Below are positions 62,522 through 64,000 of a stretch of DNA of 64,000 nucleotides, piece after piece. Under the pieces are notes generated by a model. That model had not been told where the DNA came from. It saw only the letters and a program-made list of their open reading frames with translations, and made no database searches. The stretch is from Chiloscyllium plagiosum (taxonomy: Eukaryota). The stretch spans positions 66,163,351 to 66,227,350 of the forward strand of contig NC_057718.1 in assembly GCF_004010195.1 (NCBI RefSeq). The letters are read 5' to 3'. Each line of letters begins with the position of its first letter. The stretch's first letter is position 1. The translations under genes and the position numbers were made by a program.

Positions 62522-64000
62522 CAGTAGGTTGACCCACATCCTGTACTTTCTCTGTGTCCATGTTTCTCAGCAGAGACCGATCAGGTGGCAGTCTACACCA
62601 TCTTCAGTGTCTCATTGGAGACACAGGTTTATCTTGTGTGTTTAGCCACCACACACTTTTTTTAACCTTCAATCCAGAAACGTCAGGCCGCTTATATTTC
62701 CACCAGCCCCACCTCATGTATGTCCTAGCACTTTTTTGCGGAGCGAGTCATAGAGATGTACAACACAGAAATAGACCCTTTGGTCCAACCTGTTCGTGCT
62801 GACCAGATATCTTAAATTTAATCTAGTCCCAATTGTCAGCACTTGGCCCCTATCCCTTTAAACCCTTCCTATTCATATACCCAGCCAGATGTTTTCTAAA
62901 CATTGCAATTGTACCAGCCTCCCCCACGTCCTCTGGCAGCTCATTCCATACATGTATCACCCTCTGAGTGAAAATATTGCCCCTTAGATCCCTTTTAAAT
63001 CTTTCCCCTCTCATCTTAAACCTATGCCCTCTAGTTTTGGACTCCCTTGCCCTGAGAGAAATGTCCTTGTCTATTTATCCATGTTCCTCATTATTTTATA
63101 AGGTCACCCCTCAGCATCCAACTCTCCAGGGCAAATAGCTCCAACCTATTCAGCTTCTCCCTAAAGCTCAAACCTTCCAACCCTGGCAACATCCTTGTAA
63201 ATCTTTTCTGAACCCTTTCAAGTTTCACAACAACTTTCCTACAGCAGGGAGATCAGAATTAAATGAAGTATTCCAAACGTGTACAGCCACAACATGACCC
63301 CCCAACTCCTATACTCAATAATACACTGACCAATAAAGCAAAGTGTACTAAACACTGCCTTTTCTATGTTATGGACCAGGCCAGACCCCTCAAAACATTT
63401 CAAGAAGGTAGCCTAGACCCTAACTTTGTTATTTGATTTTTAACAAGTGTACAGTGGATATCCTAGGAGAGAATCAGCTGGTCAGACTACTTAGTTTTAA
63501 ATAAAACAATTTATTTACAAGCTTACTGAATGAATTTTCATGCAGAGGCTAATACATGTATGGAATGAGCTGCCAGAGGAAGTGAAGGAGGCTGGTACAA
63601 TTGCAATGTTTAGAAAGCATCTGGCTGGGTATATGAATAGGAAGAGTTTAGAGGGATAGGGGCCAAGTGCTGACAAATGGGACGCGATTAATTTAAGATA
63701 TCTGGTCAGCATGGACAATTTGGACCAAAGGGTCTATTTCTGTGTTGTACATCTCTATGACTCACTCCGCAAAAAATGCTAGGACATACATTCAGTTTGA
63801 GATTTTCCACATGACGTGGGGAAATATAAGCAGCCTGACGTTTCTGGATTGAAGGTTAAAAAAAGTGTGTGGTGGCTAAACACACAAGATAAATCCTGTG
63901 TCTCCAATGAGACACTGAAGATGGTGTAGATTGCCACCTGATCGGTCTCTGCTGAGAAACATGGACACAGAGAAAGTACAGGAAGTGGGTCAACCTACTG
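62522..64000. repeat. Inverted duplication (arms ~62522-62976 and ~63533-64000, continuing past the window)
   Basis: Window end reverse-complements 62522 onward (CAGTAGGTTGACCCAC..), including non-CR1 sequence and the CR1 junction. Confidence 0.9.
62748..63365 (-). mobile_element. CR1 3' fragment
   Basis: Reverse complement of the CR1 tail seen at 44500-45119. Confidence 0.9.

Overview
Eukaryotic, repeat-dominated DNA, almost certainly from a shark (inferred from HE1/V-SINE-type tRNA SINEs with (TAGAT)n tails and abundant CR1 LINEs). No intact host CDS can be supported. Contents: many CR1 fragments plus two near-full-length decayed copies; a heavily deleted endogenous retrovirus (gag zinc knuckle, protease, RT start, RNase H, integrase tail, PBS/LTR); Gypsy remnants; a Tigger/pogo transposase fossil and a MITE; an internally deleted Tx1/L1-clade LINE with TSDs; a poly(A) retrocopy; a Penelope GIY-YIG fragment; and many short palindromic Penelope-terminus insertions with hammerhead-ribozyme-like cores. 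A CpG-rich promoter/first exon lies near 59.1-59.4 kb, a large inverted duplication runs off the right end, and 11990-12694 is an assembly gap. Family names come from motifs read by eye, not database searches. Boundaries of old repeats are approximate.
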